The notes beneath the pieces are model-generated. The model saw nothing but the letters and a program-made list of their open reading frames with translations, ran no database searches and was not told the DNA's origin. A stretch of DNA of 64,000 bases from the human T2T-CHM13v2.0 reference genome, Homo sapiens. Location: the NCBI RefSeq assembly GCF_009914755.1, contig NC_060945.1; one strand, given 5' to 3'. This document shows positions 1-15,989 of this stretch, piece by piece. The first letter of the stretch is position 1. Every line of letters starts with the position of its first letter. Made by a program: the position numbers and the translations under genes.

Positions 1-789
1 GCTTCGAGAAGCCTTCATCAAGATCAGACATTGCGACAGGAGAATCCTGTTCCCTGCAAACAGGATGGATTTGGATTCTAAGTGGTTGAAGTCACAGAGC
101 GGTCATTAAAATAACAAAGAGGCACTGGCCTTTTTCAAGCACCTTTCTGGACTTCTCCAAAGAAACCCTGCTGATGAGAGGGCACAGGGTTCATTAGCAA
201 TCATCTTGGGTCAGCTGATGACAGGAGTGAAGCCAAGGCTGGCACGGGCGACGACAGAGCAGGCGAGCAGAGTTGACCTGGGTTATTTTAGGTGAGGAGG
301 TGGGCGCAGAGGGAGACAGAGAGGTGGAGGGAGTTTATTTTGGTTGAGGCACTTTATTTTGCTTTCTTGCTTGTGAGGATTCATTTCCCCTGGGTAATTT
401 AAAGTTTGTAAGAACCTTGGAATTCCTTGGAGAGAAAGCACCATTGCAAATAAAGAGGCCACAGCACTAGTGATGGTGGAGAAAGTGGCCAATGCCGTAT
501 CTTTAGATGCTTGGGTTTTGGGTTGGGTAGAGTTTTTCGGCACGTTTGGGAAGTGGCTTCTTATATGCCCAGCTCTAGTTTGGGGGCTTCCCATGTGTTT
601 TTGTGTCTAACATGTATTGTTCTCAGCACTGTGCTGATTTTCCATGTGTTCATTCATTTAATTCTCACAACAACCAAAATGCGTTAATTCATTCATTCTG
701 AATCAACTTGTTTAATCAAGAGAATTTGACAATGCCCACCCCCTCTCCCTTGGAAAATAAGGGTTAGCCTAGCAGACTGCTCAGGGTCA

Positions 790-1290
790 GGCTTCTTAAT
801 CCCTTTCAATGCCATTGTCAATATATTGAACCCTATTCAGGAATCAGCAATGACTTTCCGTGCCTGCTCCATCAAGTCTCATTTCCTCTGCCTTGCTCAA
901 AAAACCTTTTATAACCCTCTTTATAATGCTCCCACTTCCTCTTCTTCCAGCTGCACCTCTACTTCTCCAAACAAATGTAGAATCCCCATGGCAGTGAGTC
1001 GAGTGTCCTGGGTGAGGTGGGAGCTATTGTTCATAATCCGTGTTGCTATTGCCCAGTAAGACACATTGCACCCCACAGAATATACCCATTGCCTTTTCTT
1101 CAACTTTGGGGGACATACCGAGTCTTCACTATACACAGAGTCTGCAGGTAGATAGAGATCTCTCAGTGGCTTTTCTAGGCAACTTGTTCCCGCTACCCCA
1201 GTAGGTATGGACATAACCTCAGCTCTCGACTCTCGGGGAGCACCATCTGGTCATCCATGTGAAAAGAAGAGACAACTCTACCCTGTTATA
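790..1290 (-). mobile_element. possible degenerate class III (ERVL-type) gag remnant
   Basis: Minus-strand translation G*PDGAPRESRAEVMSIPTG...YWAIATRI...EVQLEEEEVGAL*RGL* loosely resembles ERVL gag N-termini followed by a coiled-coil; multiple stops. Resemblance by eye only. Confidence 0.25.
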
Positions 1291-1424
1291 AAAACATGCC
1301 TGACACTTGGAAATAAAGTAAGGGAGGACTGCCCTTCAGTGCCAGCCTGGAGCACTCAGGGTCATCACATTCCCCAGGGGATATGCCTTTGCTTGACCCA
1401 TTCATTATTGGGCCCAGATTCTGA

Positions 1425-1802
<378 letters not shown>

Positions 1803-1819
1803 TCCCTTTTGATTTCTAA

Positions 1820-3450
1820 ATAATTTTAAAATTTTAGAAATGTTGCAAGAATAATGCAAAGACCTGTTTTTCCTAATTCACTTGAGTAATAAGTTGCTGA
1901 CATGATGCCCATCACCCTAAAATACTTTAATGTGTATCTCCTATGATTGTGAAAGTCACCCACTTTCATGATCTAAATACAACCACCAAAATGAAGAAAT
2001 TAACATCGGTACATACTATCATCTCATTCTCAAATGCCATCCACACTTCTCTAGTTGTTTCAATCTCACTAAACTTTTATAGGCAAGGGACCCAATCCAG
2101 GATTGCTCATCACACAGAGTTGTCCCATCTCTTTAGTCTCCTTCAATCTAGAACAGTTTCTATCTCTCATGACCTTGACACTTTTGACAATAATAGGCCA
2201 ATTATTCCGTAGATGTTCCTTAGTGTAGGTTTTTCAGGTGATGCCTTATTATGAGGGTCAGGGATGTCTTTGGCAGAAACATCATCATAGAAGTGATGCT
2301 GGGTTCATCTTGTATCTGGCCAAGTGGCACACAATTTTAATTTACCCCAGTCCTGGTGACTTACATGTAAACGAAATAATGAAGGTGATGTTGTCCATGT
2401 GCCTCCGCTGTAAAGTTACTTTTTTCCCCCTTTGTAACATACAAGGATCTTGTGGGGAGGTACGTGAGCCTTTGCAAATATCCCATTCCTCATCAGACTT
2501 CACTCACTGTTTTTAATATCCACCAGTGTTTCTTCGTTGGATGATTATGATGGTTGCCAATAAATGATTTTCTAATTCCATCACTTTCCTAATATTTATT
2601 AGTTGGAATTAGTAATTTTTGTGTAGAGATAGGGTCTCACTATGTTGCCCAGCCTGGTCTCAAACTCCTAGGCTCAAGCAACCCTCCCACCTCAGCCTCC
2701 CAAAGTGTTGGGATTCAGTTGTGAGCCACTGTGCCCCGCCATATTAGTTAGAATTCTGCTTTTTCCACTTATACATTCATCTGTTTGTTTATATCGGTAG
2801 GAACTCAAGCGTACTTATTTTACTTATCAGGTGATACTCTGCTCCTATCGTTATTCATTTTTATGCCTCAATTATCCCAGTTCTGGCCGGTAGGAGCTCC
2901 TTCACTCTGGCTTCTGGGTTCTCCGGACATGTGCCTATAATTCTTTGAGCCCTTCTTTACTTCCTGGCACAAGACGTTCTAGCTTCATCTTGTACTTTCC
3001 CTGACTCCTCATCCAGCCTTGGAATTGACCATTTCTCCAAGGAGTTTGGGTTCCTTTAAGTGGGGACTTTAGGAACCAAGATCTGAGCACTGATGTATTG
3101 TCTGCTCCCGGGTGGCACTGTTCCCAGGCCCTCCCAGTGAACGGAACTAGGCTACATTTATATACGAGTTGACACTGACACTTCCAATTCCAGTCCAACA
3201 CCAAAGGGCTTATTCTAGGATTTTTCCCTTCCACATGTGTAACTCCCTTCTTCATTGATGAGAAACCTGGTTCCCTCATCGACCTTAACATACATGATGT
3301 TCATAAGGTCCAGAAACAGTTAAATATATATAATATTATTAAAGCCATCTCCAGTCTGTAAAGTAATAATCATAATGTTGTTTTCTATGCATTCAGAATC
3401 TACAGACACCCCGTATTGGTTATTGGACCTGTCCTTCAGTGTGTATACAG
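1820..3450 (-). mobile_element. old L1M (L1MC/MD-like) fragments, interrupted by an Alu monomer
   Basis: L1M 3'-region-like stretches (agaaatgttgcaagaataat; gacccaatccaggatt; ggaattgaccatttctccaaggag); boundaries approximate. Confidence 0.6.
2612..2740 (-). mobile_element. FLAM / Alu left monomer
   Basis: tagagatagggtctcactatgttgcccagcctggtc...gtgagccactgtgccc. Confidence 0.9.
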
Positions 3451-4043
3451 TGCCACCCTGGCACCCCTCGCAGCCTGCACAGGCACTCTCACAGCCCCCG
3501 CCACGCCACATCCTCCTACTCCTACTCCCTGGGAGTATCACACTGCCAAGATGACTCCCCTCTGGCATCGCTCGAATTCACTACTGGGCTAAAAGAGTGC
3601 CTGGATTCTCCTTCCTCACCACGGATTGCACGACCAGATGTCCCAGCTGTTATCAGAGCTTTCATAAGGTCTGGAGTTCAGCAGGAAAGTCCAGGTGAAA
3701 TAGGCTTGTCTTGCCACGTATCCCTGTCAACGCTATTGTTCTTTTTGTCCCTCTCAGTTTAGTAGCTGGACCAGTTTCCATCTGCACACCATTGTTCCGG
3801 TGGCCCCCTCTCCTGGAACACACTCCCCACCTTCTCTGCACCCTTGGGGCACAGTTCAGCCCCATGCTTTCCACAAAGCCTGGTCTGGTCCCACGATCCT
3901 TCTCAGGACTTCTCTTTTGTTCCCTGCCATCGTCCTCTGGATGCTCCATCTAACCCTTGCTTATATGCTGTGACTTACTGTTCTCTGTATCAAAGGAATA
4001 GTGTAGCAGGCTCTGTAACTATTTCACAAGGGCGCGAGGACAC

Positions 4044-4151
4044 GACTACTTTACAGCCCCTTAGCATCCAATCAGAAGCTTGACTACTTTACAGCCCCTT
4101 AGCATCCAATCAGAAGCTTGACTACAGCCCCTTAGCATCCAATCAGAAGCT
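4044..4151 (+). repeat. 38-bp tandem triplication, one CCAAT box per unit
   Basis: gactactttacagccccttagcatccaatcagaagctt at 4044-4081 and 4082-4119; third copy (5-bp deletion) at 4120-4151. Confidence 0.95.
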
Positions 4152-4488
4152 CGTCTCCTCCATACTCATTAAAAGGGCTACAATAAGAAACAAAACAAAA
4201 CAACCAGAAAATGACAAGTGTTGGTGAGGATAGGGAGAAACTGGAACCGCTGGGCACCATAGGTGAGAATGTAAAATGGTACAGCCGCTAGGGAAAGCAG
4301 TATGGCCGTTTCTCAAATAATTGAAAATGGAAATACCATATAATTCAACAATTCCACTTCTGGGTAAATACCCAAAAGAATAGAAAGCAAGGATTTGAAG
4401 AGATATTTGCACACCCATGTTCAGAGCAGCACTATTCACAATAGCCAAAAGGTGGCAGTAACCCAAGTGTCCATCAAAACAAAATGTA

Positions 4489-4746
<258 letters not shown>

Positions 4747-5029
4747 GGTAGCATAGATATACGTTTAAAGGAAGAAAATTCCAACACATACAACAACATG
4801 GATGAACCTTGTGGGCATTATGCTTAGTGAAATAAGCCAGACACGAAAGGACAAATACTATATGATTCCACTTACATCAGGTATCTAGATGAGTCGAATT
4901 CCTAGACAGAAAGTAGAATGGTGATTGCCAGGGTTTGAAGGGAGCAGGCAGTGGGGAGTTACTGTTTAATGGGTACACAGTTTCAGTTTTACAAGACCAG
5001 AGGAGTTTTGTATGGCTGGATGGTGGTGA

Positions 5030-5357
<328 letters not shown>

Positions 5358-5416
5358 TGAATGTTCTTAATGCCACTGAACTATACACTTAAAAAATGGT
5401 TAAGATGGTAAATTTT

Positions 5417-5722
5417 GGCTGGGCGTGGTGGCTTACGCCTGTAATCCCAGCACTTTGGGAGGCCAAGGCTGGCGGATCACAAGGTCAGGAGATCGAGACC
5501 ATCCTGGTCAACATGGTGAAACCCCGTCCCTACTAAAAATACAAAAATTAGCTGGGCATGGTGGTGTGCACCTGTAATCCCAGCTACTCGGGACCCTGAG
5601 GCAGGAGAATCACTTGAACTAGGGAGTCAGAGGTTGCAGTGAGCTGAGATTGTGCCACTCCACTCCAGCCTGGGTGACAGAGTGAGACTTGGTCTCAAAT
5701 TAAAAAAATAAAAAATAAAGAA
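5417..5722 (+). mobile_element. Alu (AluSc-like)
   Basis: Full Alu; TSD aagatggtaaat(t/g)tt. Confidence 0.95.
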
Positions 5723-5784
5723 AGATGGTAAATGTTATGTTACATGTATTTTGTCATAATTTTTAAAAAATCAAAAAGCTTGTC

Positions 5785-5900
5785 TGCTCATCTGTAAGGT
5801 GGGGAGGTGATGGTTGTGAAAACCAGATGAAGTGAAATACATAAAACACTACAAAGTTTGGTGTGTAGTAGGTGCTTAATAAATGATGATTATCATTATG
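5785..5900 (+). mobile_element. MIR fragment
   Basis: ctcatctgtaaggtgggg...gtaggtgcttaataaatg. Confidence 0.6.
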
Positions 5901-6499
5901 GTTTTACAAAGTGGTCAGTAAATAACAGATTAACTGATTAATGGACTAAGAGATATATTGTTTCTCCTCCAAGGAAAACTTTCTTCATTGATATGACAGA
6001 GAATGGAGTGAAGGGGTGGCTTCATCGGAAGAGTTTGGCAGGCTTTTTATGTAGAGGCGAATGGGGTTGACTGACAGCACGTGGCGGCCCATTGCAAGGG
6101 TCCCTCCCACTGCGTCCAAACTTGGCCCATTAGAGTCATTTCTCTGGCATCAGCATCATCTCCAGAAGGCCCCTCTGTAAAAGTGCATATGTTAACCTAG
6201 AGGGAGAATCCATTAGCACCCTAATCCCCATTAGCAAGGAGTGTGTGGCTGGATTATCTTGCTGTCACCTGGCAGGAAGCGGGATCCTGTAGAGAAGGAC
6301 ACCAGTTAGCATATTGTCGCGGGGGAGAGGGGTGGGAAAGGCGAGAGAACAGCATGTGGTCCAGAGGCCATACCCAGATGGAGGCTGCAGTCAGCTCCCC
6401 AGTCAAAGGCAAAGCCCAAGTCAAAGCCATGCTTCCCTCTTGCCCACCTGCTCCAATGCCACCCACAGAGAGTGCGCCACAGCTCACAGGATGCAGGTC

Positions 6500-6930
6500 T
6501 GGTTGAATCTTAACAATAACTTTGTAAGGGAGGTGTCATTAGCTCCATTCTCCTGGCAGGAGGATGAGGCTCAAGGCAGCTAAAGGCTTTTGCTGAACAT
6601 CAAGTGGTGAGCCAGGACTCAATGCCAGATCTTCTTGTTTCCCTGTTAGGTGTATGTAGCACAACTGGTATCTGCAGACTATGCTGCTGGAAGGGCTAGC
6701 CGTCACTGTTATCACAGCGACTGCTGCCTGAGATATGCCAGGTACTGCTGCAAGAAGTTTACAAATATAAGCTCACTTGATCTTCATAACATACTACCTA
6801 GGTACAATCATTATATTTATTTGACAGATACAGAGACAGAGGGGACACAGAAAGGATTAGTAACTTGCCCCAAACCACACAGCCAGCAAGGTGTAAGTGA
6901 GCACCTGCAGTCTAGATGAGACACCACTCA
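6500..6930 (-). mobile_element. two MIR fragments
   Basis: aatcttaacaataactttgtaaggg...gaggctcaag; gatcttcataac...agtaacttgcccca. Confidence 0.55.
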
Positions 6931-7248
6931 AAACGTCATTTTTCTGGCAGCCCCGTGCAGTTACCACAGTGGTCACCCCAGTGGTCAGCTAAAGGCCAAG
7001 CCCACCGTTTCTCACTCCTCAGTGGCACAGCTGCCCACCAACACCCGGCCCCCAGGGTCACTGAGAACAGGTCCCCAGCCTGCTCTGGGTCTTCTAGGTG
7101 GACTTTTCCTTTGAGATGGGGCCAATCCATCATTGCATTGGTTTTGGGGGACAGGGGTCTAATTTCATTGTAATCTTCTCCATTGCTATTCAAGCAATCA
7201 CAAAAATCATATTTGTCTCCTGGGAAGTTTTATTAAAACGGAGTATTA

Positions 7249-7555
<307 letters not shown>

Positions 7556-8501
7556 TTATTTTGCTGATTTTAGGAGCTTTTATCTCATCAATTATTTTAT
7601 TGTTTACATTTCTCTTATTTCAATATGTGTATATTATTTATAATATTTACATATAACGAATGGTTGTTAAAATATTTAGACAGTTTCATTTTGTTTGTTT
7701 TTCCTTAGGAAACTTGCTCATAACACTTAAATTATAGAATATTCTCCAAACTTATTATTTGTTATGTGAAGTTTTCTTCTACCATTCAACCACACAGAAA
7801 ATGATAAATTTTTTTACATGTAATGCAAATGTGTAAAAATAAATTTTTAAAATATTTAGGCAGTATATAAAAATTTCACAAATCTGGAGACATCCAGACA
7901 TGGCTTATCACCCTGGTTTTACAAAACCGTGAATTCCTGGCACCCAAGTTCAAGGTGGGCATTTGGCTCATTGTAAGAAGTCCTGATTCAGCACCTTAGC
8001 CCACTGAATTGCTTTGGAATTTCTGGAATAAAACATTCTACTTCACCCTCAATTCTCTATGCCCAGAAACCATCCTGGCAGCAAGGCAGAGGGTCGATTC
8101 ACCACCATTTATTATCTCTGTGTGTGAGGCACCACACAGAATACATAAATACAAACTCTCCTCTTTCAAAAGAATATATCTGGGAAGATCATGCACATTT
8201 AGTTCAAGGACAGTGAGCAAACAGAAGTCAGGTGACTGTGAAGAATGGGAGACTGGTTAAAATCAGGAGCAGGTGGATGGTTCGTTTCCAAGAAGCTGAG
8301 CTGGGCTGAAGCACGCAGCGTGTCCGTTGCTGCTCCACTGAACCTCCAGCTGGATTTCCATGTGGTGGTGCAGGCGAGGGGCCGTGCCGATTCATTATGA
8401 CAAAATGACATATCAAAAAGGTTTTGCTGGCCTGCGAAAGATGCCCAACAGCAGATATGCATTATCTTATAAGTTAAGAATGCTGTCTTTTAGAGGGTTA
8501 G

Positions 8502-8809
<308 letters not shown>

Positions 8810-9669
8810 TAGCTGTTTTTTGACTTTGAAAATAGAAACCATTTCTGACAACAGTCTGAGAACTATGTGATTGGCACATTTATCGATGCTGTGAGTCTGG
8901 CTGTGATTTTTACTGTGCGCACAGCCCAGGACTTCTTGCCTGGAGACACAGGTCTAAACAACACAAAGGCCTTCACTGAGCCTAATTTTATCTCCGTCTG
9001 CACCTCATTACTCTGTGGTAGCTTGTTTCGTGCAAACAATTGCTGGTTTCTAGCATAACAAGGAGGCCCGTGGTGTCTGTATCGAACATATTCCTCAGAG
9101 AATGAGAAATCTCCAACCGGGAAAGAGGAGATTCTTGTTAAGGCCTGGAAATAGGCTGAAATGTAAATGTGTGTTCCCTTCCACAACGTGCCTAATTGCC
9201 CATAAATGTCATTAAGTCAAGAAACATTTTCCACCAAATTAACTTTGACTCATGATGTCTAATTAGCAGGAGAAGCTGGAAGATAACAACTTATCAGTCA
9301 CTGTTTAAGAAAACATGTTTAACGGGTGACTTTTGGCTAGCAGCAATGTTGAACCAGGTATTGTAACTGTCAAAACCATGCCTGAGCCCAGCAATTAAGG
9401 GCAATGTGTTTTTTTTTTGGTGCCAAGAATTTTACAACTCCCTCATGGGTGTTTTTTAAAAATTGTGGTGAGGGCCGGCTTCCTAGGAATCCATTGTGTA
9501 CATAAATGATAGGTTTGGGGTGGAAGGAAAGAAAACATCGGAGCTCAAAACTCTTTGGCAGAAAATATGGGAGCAATGCACTTAAAAGTGTTGATTCAAT
9601 TTTTAGCCCTTCTCAACATGAAAGGCTCAAACTCTACTTTGCAATTAAAAGAACATTCACAGAGAGGTT

Positions 9670-9830
9670 CTACTGCTTACAGAGGGCTTTGCCACACATT
9701 CATGCCTCCCAGCAACCCTATTAGGTAGTTGCTATTACTGTCTCCATTTTACTAACAGGTAAACTGAGACCCAGAGAGGCTATTACTTTCCCAGACTCAT
9801 GTAGCAGCCAGTGGTGGGAATGCAATTTAA
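9670..9830 (-). mobile_element. MIR
   Basis: caaccctattaggtag...ccattttactaacaggtaaactgagacccagagagg. Confidence 0.65.
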
Positions 9831-9844
9831 GACTAGTATTTTAA

Positions 9845-10631
<787 letters not shown>

Positions 10632-10849
10632 TTACGAACGTAGGGCACAAACCACCGTGGTATTTGCAGTTCCTACACCTTCCTCACCAGTCCAAATCGC
10701 TGACATTTTCAAGTTGTGTTACAATTGTTGGAGACCTCCTGAAATACTGTTTGCACTCTTACTTTATCTGCTAGACTTGCCACTCAATCTTGTTATTTAA
10801 TGTGCTTTCAAATAACTGCATAATTCTGCATCACAGATCTGTATCTGTA

Positions 10850-10965
10850 AAATATTTTCAGCATTATATTTCCATATAATTGGTTTCCTTTTATTCATGA
10901 GTATTTTATTTTATGCATTTAAAAATGTTATTCTGAGGAGTAGTTCGGAGGCTTCACCACACCAA
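10850..10965. mobile_element. hAT-Charlie DNA transposon fragment
   Basis: tataattggtttcc...tattttattttatgcatttaaaaatgttattctgag...aggcttcacca matches a Charlie-type motif as I recall it. Confidence 0.5.
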
Positions 10966-13526
10966 ACGGAACAGGGGCAGGGCTTCGGCTCTGGAGCTGC
11001 CACATTTAACAGTGAGGCTCTGTAGCTGCCATATTATTTAGTAGTTGCTGGCTGGCAGAGCCAGAAATCCACATGGAAATTGTGAGTGCATGTGCGTTTG
11101 GGTGTCTTGCAGAAGACAGCAAAGCACCTTTTAAGCATAAGCAGGACATAGCCCTGACCTCGGTGGGACCTCGCACTTTGAGATCTGAGGTGCACTCTGA
11201 CTTCTTGGGAGGAAGGGGAGGCTGAGCCCAGATACTCCTCAGTCTCCCCTACTCAGGCTCGTTCAATCAATGCACTGTCCTGTCCCCTAAGTTAGTCTAC
11301 ATGAGAGCAGTGCTTCCTTTCCTAATGAGAACAAGCGTAGAAGTCACCACTATACATGTAAGCACTGGCAGAAATGCAGGATGTGTTGCCAGCGCTGCGA
11401 AGATGCACACCCGCAGAAGAAAGCAACAGCAGAGAGCGCGGCAAACCACAGCCACTGTGCGGAGCTTCGCACCCAGCACGCTCCCAGAACCACGGAGCAT
11501 CAGGCAGCGCCGGCGTTCTAACCCCGCGTGCCCTCGCATGACGGCAGAGGCGTTGGTATTTAGGTTTTGTAATTAATTAACTGCCTTTCTCTCGGCCTTC
11601 AACCTGGCCTCTGGAAAGCATGTGGGAAGGCACTGCCTAAAAGGAACAGAGAGGATTTGGAGAGAGGCTGGGAATAAGGAGAGAGGCGAGGAGGGAGGGA
11701 GGAAGAACTAGGGTTGTAACGGAAGCTGAAAATACATACTTGAAACCCAGGCAGAGTGGCTACGGTAGTTAGTGGGCTATTTTAATCTTAGGGGTGGGAG
11801 CAGTTGTTCACATGCACCTAAATTAGTGGCTTCGATTTAAGCAGAGTCATTCTATAGTAAGCATTGGTCATTGTCACAGAAAAAGAGCACTTTGAGGACT
11901 CATGAGGAGTTGACTTTGTGGAGGCTCAGAAAAACAGGCCCTCCTGGCAGGTCAGAGAGGAACAAAGAGAATCCCCATTGCTCTGCAGCAAATGTATGTG
12001 GCCTGCTTTGCCGTGGAGTTGTGTGGAGCCAACGTTTCAGCCAGGGAGGGCACAAGCCACAAGACCACACCCTGCCCACCCCCGAGGAGGATGGGACCCC
12101 TTGTGTCCCAAGAGCCTAGGACTGAGTCACTGAACACCAAAGTTGTTTGAAAGAGAAAGAAAAGGGTAGGAAGGCACTTGAGGTTCTATGCAAATGTACC
12201 TCCGAGGCCAGGTGTGTGGAAAGAATGCCCCTCCATGGCTGTGTCAAGAAAAGGAGAGGTGGAGGAAGGGGAGGTTTGTGAAGGCAGTGGGCATGGAAGC
12301 TATGAAAACGGACCCTGGGGAGAGGAGAGGTTCGTGGGACGTGGTGATCCTCAGTCACGCACTCTGTGGGGCAAAAGCCTTGCACACATGGGATCCATTT
12401 GTCTCCGAGGTAGGTTCTAAGCCCCTCACTTCACAGATGAGAAGCTGGGGTTCAGAGAGATGAAGTGACTCACCCAAATTAACTCAACAAATAAGCCTCG
12501 GAGCCAAGCAATGGAGCCAGCTCTGTGTGTCACTAAGACACACGCTTTTCACCCAGTTCAGGGGGTGTCAGCCTCAGGGAGGCTGGCACCCCCCCAGCGA
12601 AACAACCAGACTGGGAGTACTTTGAGGCAGAGATTGCCCCCTTGGACACCTCTTTACTCTGGTGCCTGCTATAGATTTGGCATATAGTAGGTGCTCAATT
12701 AATATTTGTTGAATTATTGAATTTATGAATTCAATGATTTAAGAATTTTGAATGAATGAGTTTGTGAATAAACCAAATTTGGTTTCTTGAGGTCATAGCT
12801 TAAGAGGCATTCTCAGAAAGTGCTCTATACCCCACTCCACACTCCAGATCCCCAAAGACTTTCTCAGAGATGTTTTCTAGTTGCTAGAAGTGGGAAAAAT
12901 GGGAAACCTTCTGCAGGGCTTGGGGACTGACGAGACCCAAGGAAACCAACAGCACGAGCAGAGACCTCCACAGAGGCAGAAGGACAGCCCAGAGCCCGGA
13001 GTCCTGGACCCCTGTGGGGGCTGCTTTTATTTATTTACAGAATGTATTGATACTTACTTCTTTCCAAAAATGACTTTGAAATGAGTGCCTGCCGCAGTCA
13101 GAGGAGTACAAAATAAGACAGGGGGACAGAATCCACCGGAAGTTCAAGGGCAGGAGGTTTGCTTGGCAAAGATCTGGGTTCTGCATGGAGTTCTCAACTC
13201 ATCAGAGCAAGTGGAAGCTGGGCTCGAGCCAAGAGAGAAATCAGAAAGGGTACATCAAGAAAGAAAGAGAAAAATCACTGGAGATGCAGAAAAAGGAAAG
13301 GAAGAGGTAGTCAATTAAGAGGCTGGAACCTGGGGTGGGACCCGGCAGGTGGTAACCTGAGACTCACTTCCTGCCAGAACAGACAGGTGCAATTCAGATG
13401 GCCTCTTCCAGGAAAAGAGGTGACTGCATGGTTGTGGATATTTCCCTACAGAGCAGGATCTTTTGCAGCGGAGTGTCTGAGTGCATCACCAAAGTCTCTT
13501 TCCTCCCATCCTAAACTTATCATTAG

Positions 13527-13873
<347 letters not shown>

Positions 13874-14227
13874 TTACCACAGTTTCTAAAAATCATCTGT
13901 GAGGGAGTTGTAAAATTATTGGCACCAAAAAAGAGATATTGCACCTAAGTGCTGAGCCCAAGCATGGTTTTGACACATGAGTTCCACAATGGGAAATATT
14001 ACTCCCAAACTCTAGGTTCATAAATAGACCTGGCACTGGTGTCCTCAGAACAGACAACTTTGGATCTGTCATGTCCTTTTGTTACGTTTCCTCCCCCTTT
14101 AATTTGGGGGAATGCAATTGAATATGGCAGACTGGTATTTAGATTGCAAGCTGCCGTCACATTTCAATTGGTGTATGATCTATTTGGGGGCCAGTATTGT
14201 GTGTTCTGGGGCTCTTCTGTTGGAGGC

Positions 14228-14589
14228 TAATATGGTTTGGCTGTGCCCGCACCCAAATCTCATCTCGAAGTGTTGCTCTCATAATTCCCGCGTGTTGTGG
14301 GAGGGACCCAGTGGGAGATAATTGAATCATGGGGGCGGTTTCCCCCATACTGTTCTCATGGTAGTGAATAAGTCTCACAAGATCTGTTGTTTTTAGAAGG
14401 GGTTTCCCCTTTCACTTGGCTCCCATTTTCTCTCTTGCTGCCACCGTGTAAGAAGTGCCTTTAGCCTTCCGCTATGACTGTGAGGCCTCCCCAACCATGT
14501 GGAACTGTGAGTCCACTGAACCTCTTTTTCTTTATAAATTACCCAGTCTGGGTGTGTCTCTATCCACAGCATGAAAACACACTAATAAA
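14228..14589 (+). mobile_element. THE1 (THE1C-like) solo LTR, ERVL-MaLR
   Basis: atatggtttggctgtg...tgttgtgggagggacc...aattacccagtct...actaata; 5-bp TSD gaggc at 14223-14227 and 14590-14594. Confidence 0.92.
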
Positions 14590-14869
14590 GAGGCTCTATG
14601 CATAATGGTTAAGAGCTTGAGCTGAGGGTCAGATGGTCCCGGTTTCCAAACATCAGAGTGTCCATCTATAAAATGGCATTCATACAGAGGTGATGCACAT
14701 AGATCACCTCACATGCCTAGCACAGTCAGTGCTCAGTAAATGTCACTACTGATGTTATGCCTCATCTTCAGAGCCTCTGGACTTACAGGAGTGGGAAGTG
14801 TAGTATTGCTTAGAGGGTAGGCGTCCCCTTTGCATTGCACTTTCCACAAGAGTGGTGGTTAGGAGGTCA

Positions 14870-15040
14870 CTGATCTCTTTGAGACGCTAATGAAAACTAC
14901 GAACCTTCTTCCCAGAATAGCACATACATGTATGTGTGAGTGCACACTCATGCGCATGTTTTTGCCTTCAAGCTCAGGGAGTTCATAGGACGCCACCCCA
15001 GAGCCTACCCTTGCACCCCTGTCTGGGCACCAAGTTGTGA
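14870..15040. mobile_element. hAT-Charlie (Charlie4z-like) fragment
   Basis: tttgagacgctaatgaaaactacgaaccttcttcccagaa...ttttgccttcaagctcaggga. Confidence 0.45.
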
Positions 15041-15511
15041 TTAGCCCATTTGGGAGCTGAGATACAGCTATCCAGTTTGTCCAGGAGATGCTACATCAAG
15101 CCAAATGACAGCTGCAAAGACCCAACCCAGGCCCCCATCAGACACCCTCCCTCAGTCTGGGTGGAAAGGACTTTGTACATCGAGTTCATCAGGGAGGTAA
15201 AAGATAAAAGTGTCTGTATGTGACTTGGAGTCTTTATTTCATTCTACTCATATTTGGGGAGAAGGAATTGTCAATAGTATCTGACACAATAAAGTGAAAG
15301 TTAAATCATTTTGTCAACAATCTCCAGATAAACGTACTCCAGCAAAATTAACGAAGGTCCTGATTAACCATGCCCTTTAATTTGGGACGGGGGTAAAATA
15401 CAAATATATGAGTGATTGGTGCTCATACAAGGAAGAGGGGCCTTACTGTTTAAACACATTAGGGCCATATTGATGCCACTGTAGAGCTATGACTATGTAA
15501 AGTACCAGCGT

Positions 15512-15686
15512 GGCTAGGCATTGTGACCTGTACCTGCAATCCCAGCTACATGGGAGGCTGACGCAGGAGGATTGCTTCAGGCCAGGAGTTCAAGGCCAGC
15601 CTGGGCAACATAGCAAGACCCTATTTCTAAAACAATTAAAAATGAATAAGTTATAATAATAATTTTAACAATCATTAAATAAATAA
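15512..15686 (+). mobile_element. FLAM_A-like Alu monomer
   Basis: Single monomer with AT-rich tail; TSD gtaccag(c/t)gt. Confidence 0.85.
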
Positions 15687-15989
15687 GGTACCAGTGTGAT
15701 AACAATGACATCTCGCTTAGATAGTGCCAGTTCTGTAATCCTGTGATCCTCTTTGCCCAAGGTCACACAGCCCCCCAACCAGTGAACTCAACTGGAGAGC
15801 GTTATCCAATATGACTTATGGGATGCACAAAAGTGTGACTTGGAGATAAACTAGTTGAAATTCTCTCCTCTTGTAATCTTTATTTTCTTGGAGAAATAGT
15901 GAAGAAATTAATGTTATAAAAGCTCTGCAAAAGTGAACTGACCACCTAATTAGTCCAGGTGAATATTTAAACCACTGTGGAAAAGTTGA

